From contig PDIP01000090.1 in the NCBI GenBank assembly GCA_002811645.1, forward strand, positions 1-53,861: a DNA stretch of 53,861 nt, written 5' to 3'. How positions within the stretch are numbered: position 1 is the stretch's first letter; each line of letters begins with the position of its first letter. The notes under the pieces were generated by a model. The model was not told the origin of the DNA. It was given only the letters and a program-made list of their open reading frames with translations, and ran no database searches. The stretch is from Corallochytrium limacisporum Hawaii (taxonomy: Eukaryota; Protista; Pluriformea). Made by a program: the position numbers and the translations under genes. Shown one piece after another: positions 1 to 12,489 of this stretch.

Positions 1-17
1 AACCCTAACCCTACCCT
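1..17. repeat. Telomeric repeat remnant (CCCTAA/TTAGGG type) at the window edge
   Basis: Sequence starts aaccctaaccctaccct: about two perfect CCCTAA units then a degenerate one, C-rich strand at the 5' end as expected for a left chromosome end. The tract is short. Confidence 0.7.
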
Positions 18-338
18 CCTTCGTAAATTGAGATTTTACCGCCAGCACTATATCCCAAATTGATGCGCTTCCGATCGAAGAATCTGAAAATCCCAGCCGT
101 TACCGAATAGCTCTTTATTGATGGTTATAGTTTTAGGACTTAGTTGGCAAAAATAAATAGTACCAACGGTAGACGGCATGTACTTTGGCGAGTCTTTGCG
201 AGACGGTCAAAGTCTGCAATTGTGTTTTGGCAACATCCGAATAAGGTAGTAATACCGCGCAGTATTAATCGACCTGGTAATGGCTGCTAAAGCCAAATTC
301 ACCGTCTTCCTCGTATCAGCTAGGCTTCACGACTGATT

Positions 339-875
339 CTACAGCGTCCACAGAGGGTAATCATACCAGTCAATATTATGTGCTTTTTGGTACGGACAAC
401 TGGCGCCAAACTCACCGTCTGCTCGTTCCAGCCATTCGTGAGGGGTGCAGACGGACAGGATGATGGACTCGGTATGCTTCTTTTCGTCGTCGATCATTAA
501 CCTAGATCCAGCTGTTACATAATTGACCGGCTGATAGGCGACGTCAGTGTCTCCGAAGCTCGGACGACAAATTTTCTTTTCCTCGATCCACTTGAAGTGG
601 ATGTCGAAGGTCGTACCCTGGTCCGAGTCAAGACCCACTTCGAAAATGGTGAGAGGGACGACCGAGTGCGTTCTGCATCTGAATTCATCGGCTACCACAT
701 CGAGCCAAGCATAATTGTGGTCTGGAAGAGAATAGTGATTTCCATGCCAATCGGTTGTGTCGAACATCATCAAATCGTCAAAAGGAACAATCAGCTTCCA
801 ATCCTCCTTGTCTGTGAAGTTACAGATCCTCAAGTAGGTGGACCAGGAATGGGAGATCGGGGCAGGGGCAGCCAT
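339..875 (-). CDS. Hypothetical protein, 178 aa, subtelomeric
   Basis: ATG in ideal context (ccaccATGg), globular-looking composition, TAG stop. A diverged copy of its N-terminus lies just upstream. No family assigned with confidence. Confidence 0.6.
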   Translation of the reverse strand: MAAPAPISHSWSTYLRICNFTDKEDWKLIVPFDDLMMFDTTDWHGNHYSLPDHNYAWLDVVADEFRCRTHSVVPLTIFEVGLDSDQGTTFDIHFKWIEEKKICRPSFGDTDVAYQPVNYVTAGSRLMIDDEKKHTESIILSVCTPHEWLERADGEFGASCPYQKAHNIDWYDYPLWTL

Positions 876-939
876 GGTGGATGGGTTTGGTTTGATTTGG
901 TATGTAGTCTCTTGATGTGAAAGAAAACTTTGTATCTGC

Positions 940-1040
940 TAGAAGATTCTTCAGTTGTGAGGTGATCAGAGATCCTCAAATACCCTGTAGACCACGAGGA
1001 ATCCTCTCCCCCGGTGCCGGCCACCACGAATGCCAGACAT
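940..1040 (-). pseudogene. Truncated paralogous fragment of the N-terminus of the 339-875 gene
   Basis: Translates ...CLAFVVAGTGGEDSSWSTGYLRISDHLTTEE versus SHSWSTYLRICNFTDKE in the 339-875 ORF. Shared DNA core agatcctcaa...gacca...ggaat. No nearby in-frame ATG. Confidence 0.45.
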
Positions 1041-2602
1041 GGTACACATCGTTTTAAGCTGGAAATATTTCTAAAGTTTCTAAGAAACTCGCGGCCTTAT
1101 GGAGCTGGGCATGTGCCGTATAATCGGATGTCAATGAAAGCTATTGATGGAGTTGGCTGATTACAGATGTCTAATTTCAGTGGGCGACGAAGAATTTGAT
1201 ACTTCCAGTTTCTTGCCAGGTTCGTGCTGGATTAGGGCGCTCGGTGCCGTGTAAGGGCCTCTTGGTAGGGCCCCTCCTCCCGCCGCGGGGAAGGGCGGGG
1301 GTGTTGTTTTCGAATCTCTGCGCTCTCGCCTTCTTGCACACGAAAAGTGACAGCCTTTCCGAGCCGGTGGGACTCCGTGCACAGCAACTTCCGGATTCGG
1401 CTTCATTTCTAGTAAAGTGACAACGTACGAGAGTTTCAGCTGTCTTGTTCCCTTTTATCACTACTGCCCCTGTGCGTGCCCACATCCGAACGGCTCTTAG
1501 TTTCTGGGTGCGAGTCCAATCTCAATTTGTGCAGAGCCAATAACAATGTTTGACTCTGCATTGTGCTCGGAATGGATCTCCGACCGGGGGATTGACCGGA
1601 GTTGGCGACAAACTCCAGCGGTTCCAGTCCATTTGTAATAAATATGCCGTACTACAAAAGTTCGATCCCAGCTGGATTCTGTACCGCTTTGTTTCCAAAA
1701 TTATGACACCGGCCCCAACGGCCCTAATCAGCATGGGGCTGGAAAATGCTAACAGAAAATATTCAGTGTCCGCACAGAGCCAGAACTAATGAAATCGTGA
1801 AACGAATCTACTTTATATTTTCTAGGTCACCGACCGTCTGTGATCGGGAGCAATAGTCAGTGGAAACCATGAAGGAAAGATTTCCCTTATTTCCGCCTGA
1901 ATTGCGCACTTGAGATAACTTTGATGGGATCAAAACTATACCACGGGTGCGATCTCTGTAGCCCGCATTGAACCCAGGCTTCATTCGTACAACTGAGACT
2001 AATCAAGTAAGTGGGCACTGGGTCTCGGGCGGCAAAGAAAGCCAGTGCAATCAAAACCCACCGACAGATCCAGGGACTTAAATTCAGATTGGGCTGTGAT
2101 ACCAGTAGGATTAATCTAGGTCCGCCAGGGGCAAAATGTGCGATACCCAGAATATGATTCACATCTGGAGATGTCACGATACCAGGTACAGACTCAGTAT
2201 GGTAGTCAATGGCTGTGAATATCCAATGTGCCCCGTCATAGAAAGAAATGGGGTCACTCTATCATTTTACCGCAGTACCGCAGAAAGCCACTTTGGGTAG
2301 AGGTATATCCACAATATCGATATCTAATGGCTAACAAGCTGTAACCCTGACTGCTGTGTGTGTGTATGTCAGATATACAGGGAACTCCGCTTCATAAAAT
2401 GAAGTGTGTCTGGAAATGCGTTTCTCCACATATTTTACGGTTAGTCTACTGGAAGACTTCGCACTGCCTGAGGTCTGTCATTACGGGAGTATCGAATTCC
2501 CCGTTCAGTGGACTTCGAGAGGTCTTCAGCTATAGGTTCGAAATTCGATGGTTGCGTCGGATAACATTGCGTTCGTTACCGTTAAAGGTCCTGGGCAGTT
2601 CC

Positions 2603-4339
2603 CTAATCGGCATCTTGTTCATACGGGGAGGGTAAATGAGGTGGGTCGGTTATGTCGGTCGGACTTTCATGTTTTTGTTTGTCTGTTTCGTTGACGGATG
2701 TCGCGCTTTGTGTTTCGACCCTTCCCATCTCACTCCCGTCAAGGTCACATCCAGGTAGTGTGACTGGTTTCACGTTCCCACTTAGGGGGCGCCAGCACAG
2801 ATAACCAAGAAATCCAAAGTACAGAAGAGCGACGATTAAACAAATTACATAGATGGTAATTTCCACAGGTGTCGTGGTGTTGATGCCAACCACCGTGCTG
2901 GCCATGAGATAAACATTGGCAGCAACCACCAGAACAATCAGGAACAGGGAAGTAATAGTTAAGGGCCTTCTGTTCACAAACTTGCCCATAATATCCGTGC
3001 TACATGTAAATCTCATTAAGGGAACAAGGGCGAAGGGAAGCTGAAAGCTGAGCACAATGGACGAAATAAGAATCAAAAGATTCGCACCCCTATCGCCTGC
3101 AAGAATGGTAAAGATCAAAGAAGGTATGAGAGAACATGTACGAGTGATCATGTTACGTTTGTATGGCTCGATTCTCATTTGGAGAAAGCCTTGCATAACA
3201 AATTGCCCCGCAAATGTACCGGTAATGGTACTGCTTTGTCCGCTTGCGAGGAGGGCAATTCCGAATATGAGTTTCGCACCCTTGCCAAGGGACTCACGGA
3301 GCATGCTGGCAGCATCAAGAAAGCCTATATCCAAAACGTCATCCACAACTCTGTAGTTGTTAATTTCAGAAGGAAAGAATACTGCACCAGAAGCTACGAT
3401 CACTGCAGCATTAATGATGAAACCAACCACGAGTCCAAAGGCGCACTCTACAGCACAGTAGAAATTTGCCCACTTAACCTGAACATCACTCCTGTGGTCT
3501 ACTTTACGTGTCTGCATAAGAGCGCTGTGCAAGTAGAGATTATGAGGCATAACTACTGCCCCAACAAGGGAGACAGCAATAAAGAGCTGCTCGGGATAAA
3601 TAATCGGTATGAATCCGGACCACATTGTTCCACAGTAGTTACGGGGACAGTCAGCATGACCTTTTTGGCAACCCAGGGTATCATACCATTCCTCGTCACT
3701 AAGGCAGTTAGCGGAATCAATTGTCCATGCCACCGGACTCATACCTGCTTCAACAACGAAACAGATACCCATAATGCTGATGAGGGTGACAATAACTGCT
3801 TCAATCTTCCGGATTCCAAAGGTTTGCAGAACTAGGAACATCATAGTGGAAAGAGTAGTAAGCACAACGCCCAACCAAAGAGGGAATTTAAAGAGAAGTT
3901 TCAGTGCAAATGCTGATCCGATGACTTCCGGGATGTCAGAACAAATTATCACAATCTCAGTTAATATCCATAATCCAATTGTTGTGGCTGTACGTTCGCC
4001 GTATTCCAACCGGCACGCTTCTGCTAAGTTCAACCGCGACACGACACCAAGGCGCGCAGCGAGAATCTGCAGGAGCAGAGCCATGGCACTGGCAACGACT
4101 AGAACCCAGAGCAGGGAATAGTTATATGCAGCGCCGGATATGATGTCACTAAGAAGGTTACCTGGATCAATGTATGCGATGGAGATGAGCATTCCGGGAC
4201 CGAAGAAAGTAGCAAAAGTCTTCCAGCTAAAGCGATCCTCTGCAAGTCCGTGAACTTCAAGCGGCCCCTTCTCGGGGCGCTCAATGAATGCTTTGAACCG
4301 CTGAGTGGGTTTTTGGTAGAACTTTTCGAGATCAGGCAT
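2603..4339 (-). CDS. NRAMP/MntH family divalent metal (Mn2+/Fe2+) transporter
   Basis: AYIDPGN (TM1), AVVMPHNLYLHS (TM6), GQSSTITGTFAGQFVMQGFL transport signature, many hydrophobic segments. First ATG at 4339; the track start at 4384 is TTG. Confidence 0.96.
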   Translation of the reverse strand: MPDLEKFYQKPTQRFKAFIERPEKGPLEVHGLAEDRFSWKTFATFFGPGMLISIAYIDPGNLLSDIISGAAYNYSLLWVLVVASAMALLLQILAARLGVVSRLNLAEACRLEYGERTATTIGLWILTEIVIICSDIPEVIGSAFALKLLFKFPLWLGVVLTTLSTMMFLVLQTFGIRKIEAVIVTLISIMGICFVVEAGMSPVAWTIDSANCLSDEEWYDTLGCQKGHADCPRNYCGTMWSGFIPIIYPEQLFIAVSLVGAVVMPHNLYLHSALMQTRKVDHRSDVQVKWANFYCAVECAFGLVVGFIINAAVIVASGAVFFPSEINNYRVVDDVLDIGFLDAASMLRESLGKGAKLIFGIALLASGQSSTITGTFAGQFVMQGFLQMRIEPYKRNMITRTCSLIPSLIFTILAGDRGANLLILISSIVLSFQLPFALVPLMRFTCSTDIMGKFVNRRPLTITSLFLIVLVVAANVYLMASTVVGINTTTPVEITIYVICLIVALLYFGFLGYLCWRPLSGNVKPVTLPGCDLDGSEMGRVETQSATSVNETDKQKHESPTDITDPPHLPSPYEQDAD

Positions 4340-6732
4340 ATTGTCTATTTGTTCTGAGTGAGATTTCGTCCGTCTTGTAAACAATTAGTATGAAGAGTGA
4401 ATAAATGCCAGACTGGTCTCTTTGATCCTGGAGTGGTCGCCCGGATCATCTCGTATCGCTATTTAACTACTTGTTCCTGGCACCTTACCTTAATGTGCGA
4501 CTTTCTGTGACAGGAACGTCAGCAATACAAGGCTTGATGTAGAGATATCACATGATGTGATTTCGTATTCAGGTTTAGATTGTTTTACAATCCAAAGAAG
4601 TCAGAGAGCTGCACAGTTTTGCTATCAAGCTCAAACCCGATTGCCTTACTTTGCATTCTTCCCTTTCCCCCTTGTCCCTATTCCCCCAGCCAAACCCCTT
4701 CCTCCTGTGGGAGTCTTGAGTCCAGTTCTCCAAAACTTTGACCGGCCCTGGCTTGGTAAAGAATTGGCCCTTGCACTGCACACTATCACATACGGACTTC
4801 ATTTATAGCTTCGTGTCCTTCGAACCCCGGCATCTACGATCTTTGAGTACAACCGTACCTCAAAATCTCTTGGGGTGGACAGTGGCCGACCATTCACTTT
4901 ATCTCCGGTCGATGTGATCCGCTCATTATCGCTGTACACCTCACAAAGTGCCTATGAAAGAAGCATGTATGCCAAACCACACCGTTACATAAAATACAGA
5001 GGATCATGGACGACCGTATCACTTGAGGAACTGGCACTCAAGGGGCTCGTATACAGAAGCATTAGAAGAACTATAACCGGTCCAGGTACGGGTGATAGTC
5101 TTGGTGCCGGCCAAGCTAGAGGGTGTCAGTTTGGTTTGGTCCGCTTAACGTCTACGTCATCGTTGCTCATCGTTCTCGTAAATGTATACACGCTCTTCGT
5201 GCAAGTTTCAAACAAATACACTTCGAGATCTGCAATGGGCCTCGTGGACCTTCCTTTACTACGAAATTGTCTGCACGCCTGCGTCATGGCGCACTGGAGA
5301 TGAGTATGTCAGCACAGTTGGACACGCCCCCTTCCTCCCTAGGAGTTCCTACGGCCTTCCACTACAAATATCCGAAACATGTTCCGGTTGTTAAGGAGTT
5401 TCACTTTACATTCGAACGGGATCAAGGCAGGGTTTCACACCACTCTCTCCTCCCGCCGTTCTTCCAGCCACCATACGAGACACTAAGTGCTGAAAAATTT
5501 CCGGCTTGTAGACCATACATCTTTCTAAGCCCTGCGATCCTATATTCATAGAGAATTTGAACCGGAATTAGATTGGTCGTTAAGAGGTTTGGTGGCGGAA
5601 GAGAATACCCACAGTACATTGCCAAAGCAATTCACAAAGGAAGGCTGTGCGCAGCGAGTGTCCAGCGATGTACATTATTGACTTCCTTAGTACGATGGCA
5701 TTCAATAGTAAACAAGAGTAGGAACACCGAACCCAGAGTTCCCTCACAGATCCAACATTGTAGCAAGCAGGAGCGTGTTACTGTTTCTTAGTACAGATGG
5801 TATGGCACAGACTTTAGCTGTCAAGAAGCTCAGACGCGCAGAACAGTATAGTGCGGTCACGGAATCTATTCAATCTATTCCCGTGGTCTGCCGGCAGGTC
5901 AATCCGATGCCAAGCCGTAGCCGACTCAAGGTGTGAATCAACCATTGCAAGGCTACTCTATCTTGTTGTGTCATTGCGACAATAGTCTCGAATCGCGGCC
6001 ACAGATTGGGCATGCTTTTGTGACACCAGAAACTGAATTTTCTCGTTCAGGTCCAAACTTTGCAACAAGTTACAGGGTTCTCTTGAAGTGAGAAGGACTG
6101 TGATGGACCAGAAAAATAGAACTTGTTTAAGAAATCTGGTAAGTATGCCTCCGTAGAACTTTCCATTCAGTCCATTCCCATGGGCACACCACTGTGGGAG
6201 GCTAGAGGATGTGGTGGACTTGGTGCAGTCGCATTTGAGGGAGTGAGTCATTGCCTCCAGAGCGGGACATTTCATTTGCGGGGCAGCATAGTCAGCAATT
6301 ATTTACGGATTCTCTCAGATTGTGCCTGCTACCAAAAGAAGGATTTGACGCCCGCACAACGTAGAGAGATGTCAATTGATGGACAACTGGGCAAAATACC
6401 ATGGAAAAGATTGAAACGACCCACTTTCGTCGTGCACACATTTTGTACAATCGCAGTTTTTTTCAAGGACGGACGAGAGCGAGAAGGCCTTGGGTAGCCC
6501 GTATACTCTCCCTTTTGTGTGTGCACCGCAACAGGATAGCTACGATCGCCAAATTTCACAGTGCTTTGCAGGCAAAGAATTCGGCAGTTCATGATGCAGC
6601 ACGCTAACCCTCAAACACCGAGAGCATGTTGATCAGAGACAGGAGGACACGAAGTGCCATGTTGGAGGGGATTTAAAGATACAATGACTCTAATTTTCGG
6701 ATGAGAATGAGGCTAGCGGTGAACGCTCCTGT

Positions 6733-9027
6733 TTAGAACAGGTAGGCAGCACCACCGTGGGCAACGTCATAGCGATCAAGATCCATAACCTTGACCCATG
6801 CGTTACCAAACTCGCGTACAAAGCGTTCCTTGGCATCGTTGGAACCATACACCTCGCTTAAAGCTCTGAGTTCGTCATGGTGGCCAAAGATGAGATCGTA
6901 ACGAGTAGCTCTATACTTCTCGTCGAGGGTTTCGCGATCGCGTCCAATAAACTCATACTCAAATTCGTCAGCGGGCTCCCATACAGTAGAAATGTCGAGT
7001 AGATTTACAAAGAAGTCGTTGGTAAGAACTCCAGGTTTGTCAGTCAGTACACCGAGCTTAGAGCCATCATAGTTGGCACCCATGGCACGCATGCCTCCCA
7101 CAAGTACTGTCATCTCCGGAGGAGTTAGAGTCAGAAGCTGTGCCTTGTCAAGCAGAAGCTCTTCGGCTTCAAGGAAGCAGCTCTGATTCTTGTAGGACCT
7201 GAAGCCGTCGCCTGTTGGGTTTAGAACCTCAAAGGACTCAACATCAGTCATGTCCTGCGTAGCATCGGTGCGACCTGGAGTGAAGGGAAGCTCGATTTTG
7301 ACACCAGCGGCCTCAGCGGCCGCCTCAACGGCAGTAGTACCAGCGAGTACAATAACATCGGCAATAGAAATCTTCACCTTGTTCTTGTTACTGTTGTTAA
7401 AGTTCTTCTGGATTTCCTCCAGCTTTTTCAATACCTCCTTCAATTCCTTGGGGTTGTTCACCTCCCAGTCCTTCATAGGGGAAAGCCGGATGCGGGCACC
7501 ATTGGCACCACCACGCATGTCAGAGACTCGGAAAGTAGACGCAGACGCCCAGGCGGTCGAGACCAACTGAGAGGTGGACAGTCCACTGCTCAGAATATCT
7601 TCTTTCAGTTTCTTGACGTCATTCTTTTTGACCAGCTTGTGATCCACAGCGGGCAAAGGATCTTGCCAGATAAAGTCCTCCTTAGGCACGTCAGGTCCGA
7701 GGTATCGAGACTTGGGTCCCATATCGCGGTGGGTCAGCTTGAACCAGGCCTGGGCAAATGCCTTTGCAAAGTACTCAGGGTCTTTATAGAACTTGAGGGA
7801 GATTTCTTTGAAACCTGGGTCGTCGCGAAGCGCAAGATCAGTAGTCATCATGTGGCATGTATGACGTTTGCTTGGGTCGTCGGGGTGTGCAGCATCGGGA
7901 ACGGTACACTTGTCGCCCGCAGCCTTCCATTGCCATGCTCCAGCCGGGCTTGTGGTTAGTTCCCATTCATACTCAAAGAGATTGTGGAAGAAGCCATTAT
8001 TCCACTCGGTAGGCTTATTGGTCCAAGTGACCTCAAGTCCGGAAGAGATAGTATCGTCACCGAAGCCAGTTCCAAAGGAGGAGAGCCATCCAAAGTCCTG
8101 ATTCTGGATAGGTGCAGCCGCGGGTTCAGGACCCTTATAGTCCGGCTTGGCGGCACCGTGTGCTTTACCAAATGTATGACCGCCTCCGATAAGAGCCACG
8201 ATCTCCTCGTCGTTCATACCCATGCGTCCGAAAGTTGCACGGATATCAAAGGCTGCCTTTTTAGGGACTGGCTGACCCCTTGGGCCTTCAGGATTGACAT
8301 AAATGAGGCCCATCTCGGTTGCAGCGAGGGGGCTGTCTAGCTTGCGCTTACCGGTGAAACGTTCATCACCAGTCAGGAACTCAGGCTCGGTTCCCCAGTA
8401 CGTGTCCTCCTCCGGTTGCCACAGGTCCAAACGCCCGCCTCCAAAGCCAACTGTCTCCAGTCCCATGTCCTCAAGGGCAACGGTACCGCACAGGATGATC
8501 AGATCACCCCAGGAGATGGATGAGCCATACTTTTGTTTGATAGGCCACAGCAAGCGACGGGCCTTATCCAGATTGACATTATCAGGCCAGCTGTTAAGAG
8601 GAGCGAAGCGCTGCATTCCGTGGCCACTACCACCGCGACCGTCATCGGCGCGGTAAGTACCTGCAGAGTGCCAGGCCATACGGACGAAGAAGGGACCGTA
8701 ATGACCAAAATCAGCAGGCCACCAACTCTGAGAGTCGGTCATCAGGTCACGCAAATCCTTCTTGACATCTTCCAGTTTCAACTTCTTGAATTGCTCCACG
8801 TAGTTGAAGTCTTCTCCCAGAGGATTGGACTTTTGAGAGTGGTAACGTAGCACATCCACGTTGATGCGATTGGGCCACCAGTCGCTATTCCGTCTACCTT
8901 GGCCAGCAGCTCCAAATGGACACGTTGATGAAGCAGGTGAGGAATCCTTTCCGGACTCCATCGGCGTCGCATCAACATAGAACACTGCCACCAGGAAGGC
9001 AAAAATAATTTCAAACAGAAACTTCAT
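6733..9027 (-). CDS. katG: Catalase-peroxidase with N-terminal signal peptide
   Basis: [11 protein letters not shown] (distal Arg/Trp/His), [10 protein letters not shown] (adduct Tyr), FGRMGMND (adduct Met), [10 protein letters not shown] (proximal His), duplicated C-terminal domain. Leader [20 protein letters not shown]. Confidence 0.97.
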   Translation of the reverse strand: MKFLFEIIFAFLVAVFYVDATPMESGKDSSPASSTCPFGAAGQGRRNSDWWPNRINVDVLRYHSQKSNPLGEDFNYVEQFKKLKLEDVKKDLRDLMTDSQSWWPADFGHYGPFFVRMAWHSAGTYRADDGRGGSGHGMQRFAPLNSWPDNVNLDKARRLLWPIKQKYGSSISWGDLIILCGTVALEDMGLETVGFGGGRLDLWQPEEDTYWGTEPEFLTGDERFTGKRKLDSPLAATEMGLIYVNPEGPRGQPVPKKAAFDIRATFGRMGMNDEEIVALIGGGHTFGKAHGAAKPDYKGPEPAAAPIQNQDFGWLSSFGTGFGDDTISSGLEVTWTNKPTEWNNGFFHNLFEYEWELTTSPAGAWQWKAAGDKCTVPDAAHPDDPSKRHTCHMMTTDLALRDDPGFKEISLKFYKDPEYFAKAFAQAWFKLTHRDMGPKSRYLGPDVPKEDFIWQDPLPAVDHKLVKKNDVKKLKEDILSSGLSTSQLVSTAWASASTFRVSDMRGGANGARIRLSPMKDWEVNNPKELKEVLKKLEEIQKNFNNSNKNKVKISIADVIVLAGTTAVEAAAEAAGVKIELPFTPGRTDATQDMTDVESFEVLNPTGDGFRSYKNQSCFLEAEELLLDKAQLLTLTPPEMTVLVGGMRAMGANYDGSKLGVLTDKPGVLTNDFFVNLLDISTVWEPADEFEYEFIGRDRETLDEKYRATRYDLIFGHHDELRALSEVYGSNDAKERFVREFGNAWVKVMDLDRYDVAHGGAAYLF

Positions 9028-12000
9028 GTTGTCATTCGAAGTCAGACGAATGAATATGCTATATTGTTCTTGTAACTCCTATGCTGTAGCACTGTTCTTT
9101 AACACTTAGCCTCCAAAGCGGTGAAGCATGTATAGATCAAGAGGATCAGACTTAGATCTGTTCTTGACGGGATCTGCTTAAATACCCTTTTGGTTTGTTT
9201 TTGTCCGCTAGAGATACCACCGTTGACTCGAAAGTAGATCCTTCCATAAACACAAATTAAACCACCTTCCCAGTAACTAAAGCATTCTCCATCAAGATAG
9301 AGCCTTGGTATTCCATCCGCTTTTGGTCCCACTCCGCGCTACTGTTCTTCCGATGAGCCGGCACTCGTTCTGTTTCCGTAGGGCACACAATGCAACACCA
9401 ACCAGTGGCATCAGAGGGGTCATTCCTATAAGATGCCACGTCGGTCTTGAAATGTGACGCGGACATACCGCATTGGTAACGGAATAGTAACAGAGCATGA
9501 TCCTCTTGGCAGCGTCGGTCGTCTAGTATTCTCGTTTATCTCTTGGGAATTTGGCCTGACTCCTTGGGATCCTCCTGGAATGCGTCAAACCCGCACTGTC
9601 CACAAATTCAAGCAAAAAATCAAAGTAAAAAACTTCTGCACTTGAGCAAAATATAGGGATCGTCAAGGTGACGACGTCAATCGTACTACGCATTGGGCCG
9701 TTTTTTTGCCGCAAATGGAGTGTTGGCTGATTCATTGGGACTAAGAGAATGACTATCAACCACATCTCCATGTGTGAGAATGCAGTAATTTTCGCGGCCG
9801 GGCCGATTAATACGGGTTTGTGGCCAAAGGAAGATATTCCTGAAAACAGTCTAGGAAATGTCAGTCTCTATATGTTGACGAAAATGCCATATCCAAAGGG
9901 TGACTATCTGTACCTGGGGGCCTGTGGGACCAAACGGGCTGCTTTGTTAACACATGCACACAGATTAACGTGCCCATGGCATTGCAAATTTTTGTGGACA
10001 ACAGTTCGCGGGCGAACAATGACGGGTTACGTATCACAAGAAATAGCTGGAATGTGAAAGTTGCTTCAGTTTTACCACACGCACTGGTCAACCCGTAAAC
10101 CATTTCGGAGATCAAACTCCGGAGCCGTGAATCCTGGTAATCCCGGTAGTTTCAGGCTTGGGAAGGAAATCACCTTTGGCTGTACCTCCGGGCCACTCCA
10201 AAAAAATGCTTACTAACTCTGGCATTCATGGCATTCACATAAAAATGGTACGCCTTATTAATCGTTCGCTGACGCCTACGGTGTCGACCTTAAAAACGGC
10301 CAAAATTTGAGCATAGCTAGTCAGGTGTCACCAAACGTTTTCGTGCGAGGGAAACCAGAATTAATCTGTTTTCATCATTGTATGTGTCCTCTGCAAGGTT
10401 GCGACTTCCATCTTACGCGCCTCAAGTGTGCAGGTAGGATTCGCCAACAGAAGGATATGTCTTGGTAAGGGATTGGATGAGCCCGGATAAATCTCGTTGT
10501 TATGAATGAAGTCCCATGACAAATCCGAAAGGGGGCAGTCAAACCAAAGACATATGTCAATACCTAACGGGCTCGCGAGATCTGAGCACAATACTAGGCA
10601 CGAGTAAGCGTCCATATGAGGTCGTTGTTCTTACAATGCACTTACTGGGTATCACCTGTTTCTTTCGTCCCGTACACTCGATTTCATCGATATTTTAGTT
10701 CTCCTTTGTGGTCATGCACCTCGACAGTTCATGCGGTTGAGGTTTTGACATCTCCTTTGGGCCAGGAGACCAATGAAGGAAAACCGCTGGGCAGTCATCC
10801 AGTCAGTTAACACAGCGTATAAGTAGTATCGTTTACAGATGGATTGAAGGCGTACTTCTTTGCGGACTGGACCGGGGTGCCAAAACACGATGCAAGCGGG
10901 TATCATGTTTCAGTTGCGACGTTGGAAACTGTGCGAATCTGGAACATGATCCACCCAGGGTGCCAGGGTGTCGGGTGATTTTGGAGGTGGCTACCTGTTT
11001 TGCTCCACTGCAAAATGAACACTGGACGCTTCATACAAGACCACAATCGACCACTCCTCCTCCAAGTGCTTTGGCAGCGAATGTCAGAAGCTCGGACGAT
11101 TCACTGTGCGTCGAATCGACATGTTTGGGAGCCCGCAGTGCTCTTCGCTCATTGTCTCAGCTGGAAAATTTGGCAACCCCTCGTTGCGATGTATTCCAAA
11201 TGCCGCGCCCGAATAGAAATTCTAGAGCAGTGGTGTCCACAAGGGCACAGGACAGCGATGGTGGGAAGTACAGAAACGTCCCCAAGATTTACCAAGCCCA
11301 TCTTCTTACCCGGAAATAGAAGGAAAACACGGCTCACCGGTTTGAGTAACTAAGAAGTAAAGGCTTTGTAGGGGTCCAACACTGCTCACTAAGAAGGGAA
11401 GTCCAATGTCCTTTTAGGGTAGGGAAACACGGACAAGGGTTATCTTTGCAGCAGTGCTGCTGCAAATACATGTTGGCTAGAACTAGACTTTCGTTGTAGA
11501 AGCGCAAGACTTCTGTTTCATATTGTCTGGGACAATTGAATAAATAGGCTATGGCCAGGGTTAATGAGCAAAATAGCTATATGACGAAAGTACTTCTCAT
11601 CATTGGGTGCTCAGCATAAAGGGACCACAGTCACAACTGGTAGAGTTCGTCACAAATGGTTTGTGGATTCCCGTTTGTGTCTAAAGCAACCTAGTGTATA
11701 CAATTCACATCCGGTAAATCACTGTCATGAATGGAACAACTACCTGGGTAGCATTGGGCTCACGATATTTCAGATGCGAGACCGGATATGACACGGAGGT
11801 CAGGTTCCCTTCTGTTAACTGGCCCACAAAGAGGGTCTTCATGGCTTTTCGTGGTCTCATTTTGTATGCTCTTACAGTTTCACAAGCTCCATGCCACCTT
11901 GGTCGATGGAAAACGAAAGTGGAACCGTCATTTCACGTCTAATATTGCCGAGCTTCTCGCGACAAGCTGTGGAAGTGCCAGCCTGCGCGAAGGCTGACAT

Positions 12001-12489
12001 CACTGGGCAGGCGAGTTGATCGGTTAGCAGAGTGGCACTTCCGAAAACGAAGCTGGGTAGTGAGTGTGAGTGAAGGGTTTGCGTTCAGGTGAGCGGTTTT
12101 CCGATCTGGTGAGGGGTTCGAAATTGGTGAGGGGCAAGAGAGTTGTACTCAGAACTTTGTGTTGAAGAGATCTATGTGATTCCATGTATTTGACAAGTGA
12201 TGGATCATCAATGTAAATGTATTTCATTTGCCGTGTGCACTATAACAAACACAATTAACACTTGAAAAAGATTCTTTGGAAAGGGTGATCGTTCCTTAGC
12301 ATATTTATTCGGCTAGGGTCATGATAGTTGTGAACGATCGGACATGCACTGAAAAAGAGTATGCCTACATCTGCACCATTACTCGGACTGAGTTGCTTCA
12401 GGGGCAGGTGGTACATGGTCAGGGATGACATTAGTCTGAAAATTCCCTAGACCATACCCTGATCCTAGCTTTATTGGTGCCTGTTGTTT

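Noticed and set aside
1887-2340. Protein-like minus-strand frames with stops, possible decayed gene
   Set aside because: No recognisable motif; resemblance to the 339-875 protein (CRP) is too slight to support.
6123-6497. 124-aa ORF with LKRPTFVVH, reminiscent of alpha/beta hydrolases
   Set aside because: TTG start, no nucleophile motif, no catalytic Asp/His context.
9099-9466. IPRLYLDGEC and CIVC, suggesting a glutaredoxin relic
   Set aside because: The motifs are in different frames and nothing else matches.
10945-11215. Cys-containing + strand frame interrupted by TGA codons (selenoprotein or relic?)
   Set aside because: No start, no known selenoprotein motif, no convincing SECIS.
12416-12466. 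SECIS-like ATGA...AAA...TGAT hairpin
   Set aside because: The core helix pairs poorly, an alternative hairpin (tggtc-aggga/tccct-a-gacca) looks better, and there is no + strand selenoprotein gene upstream.
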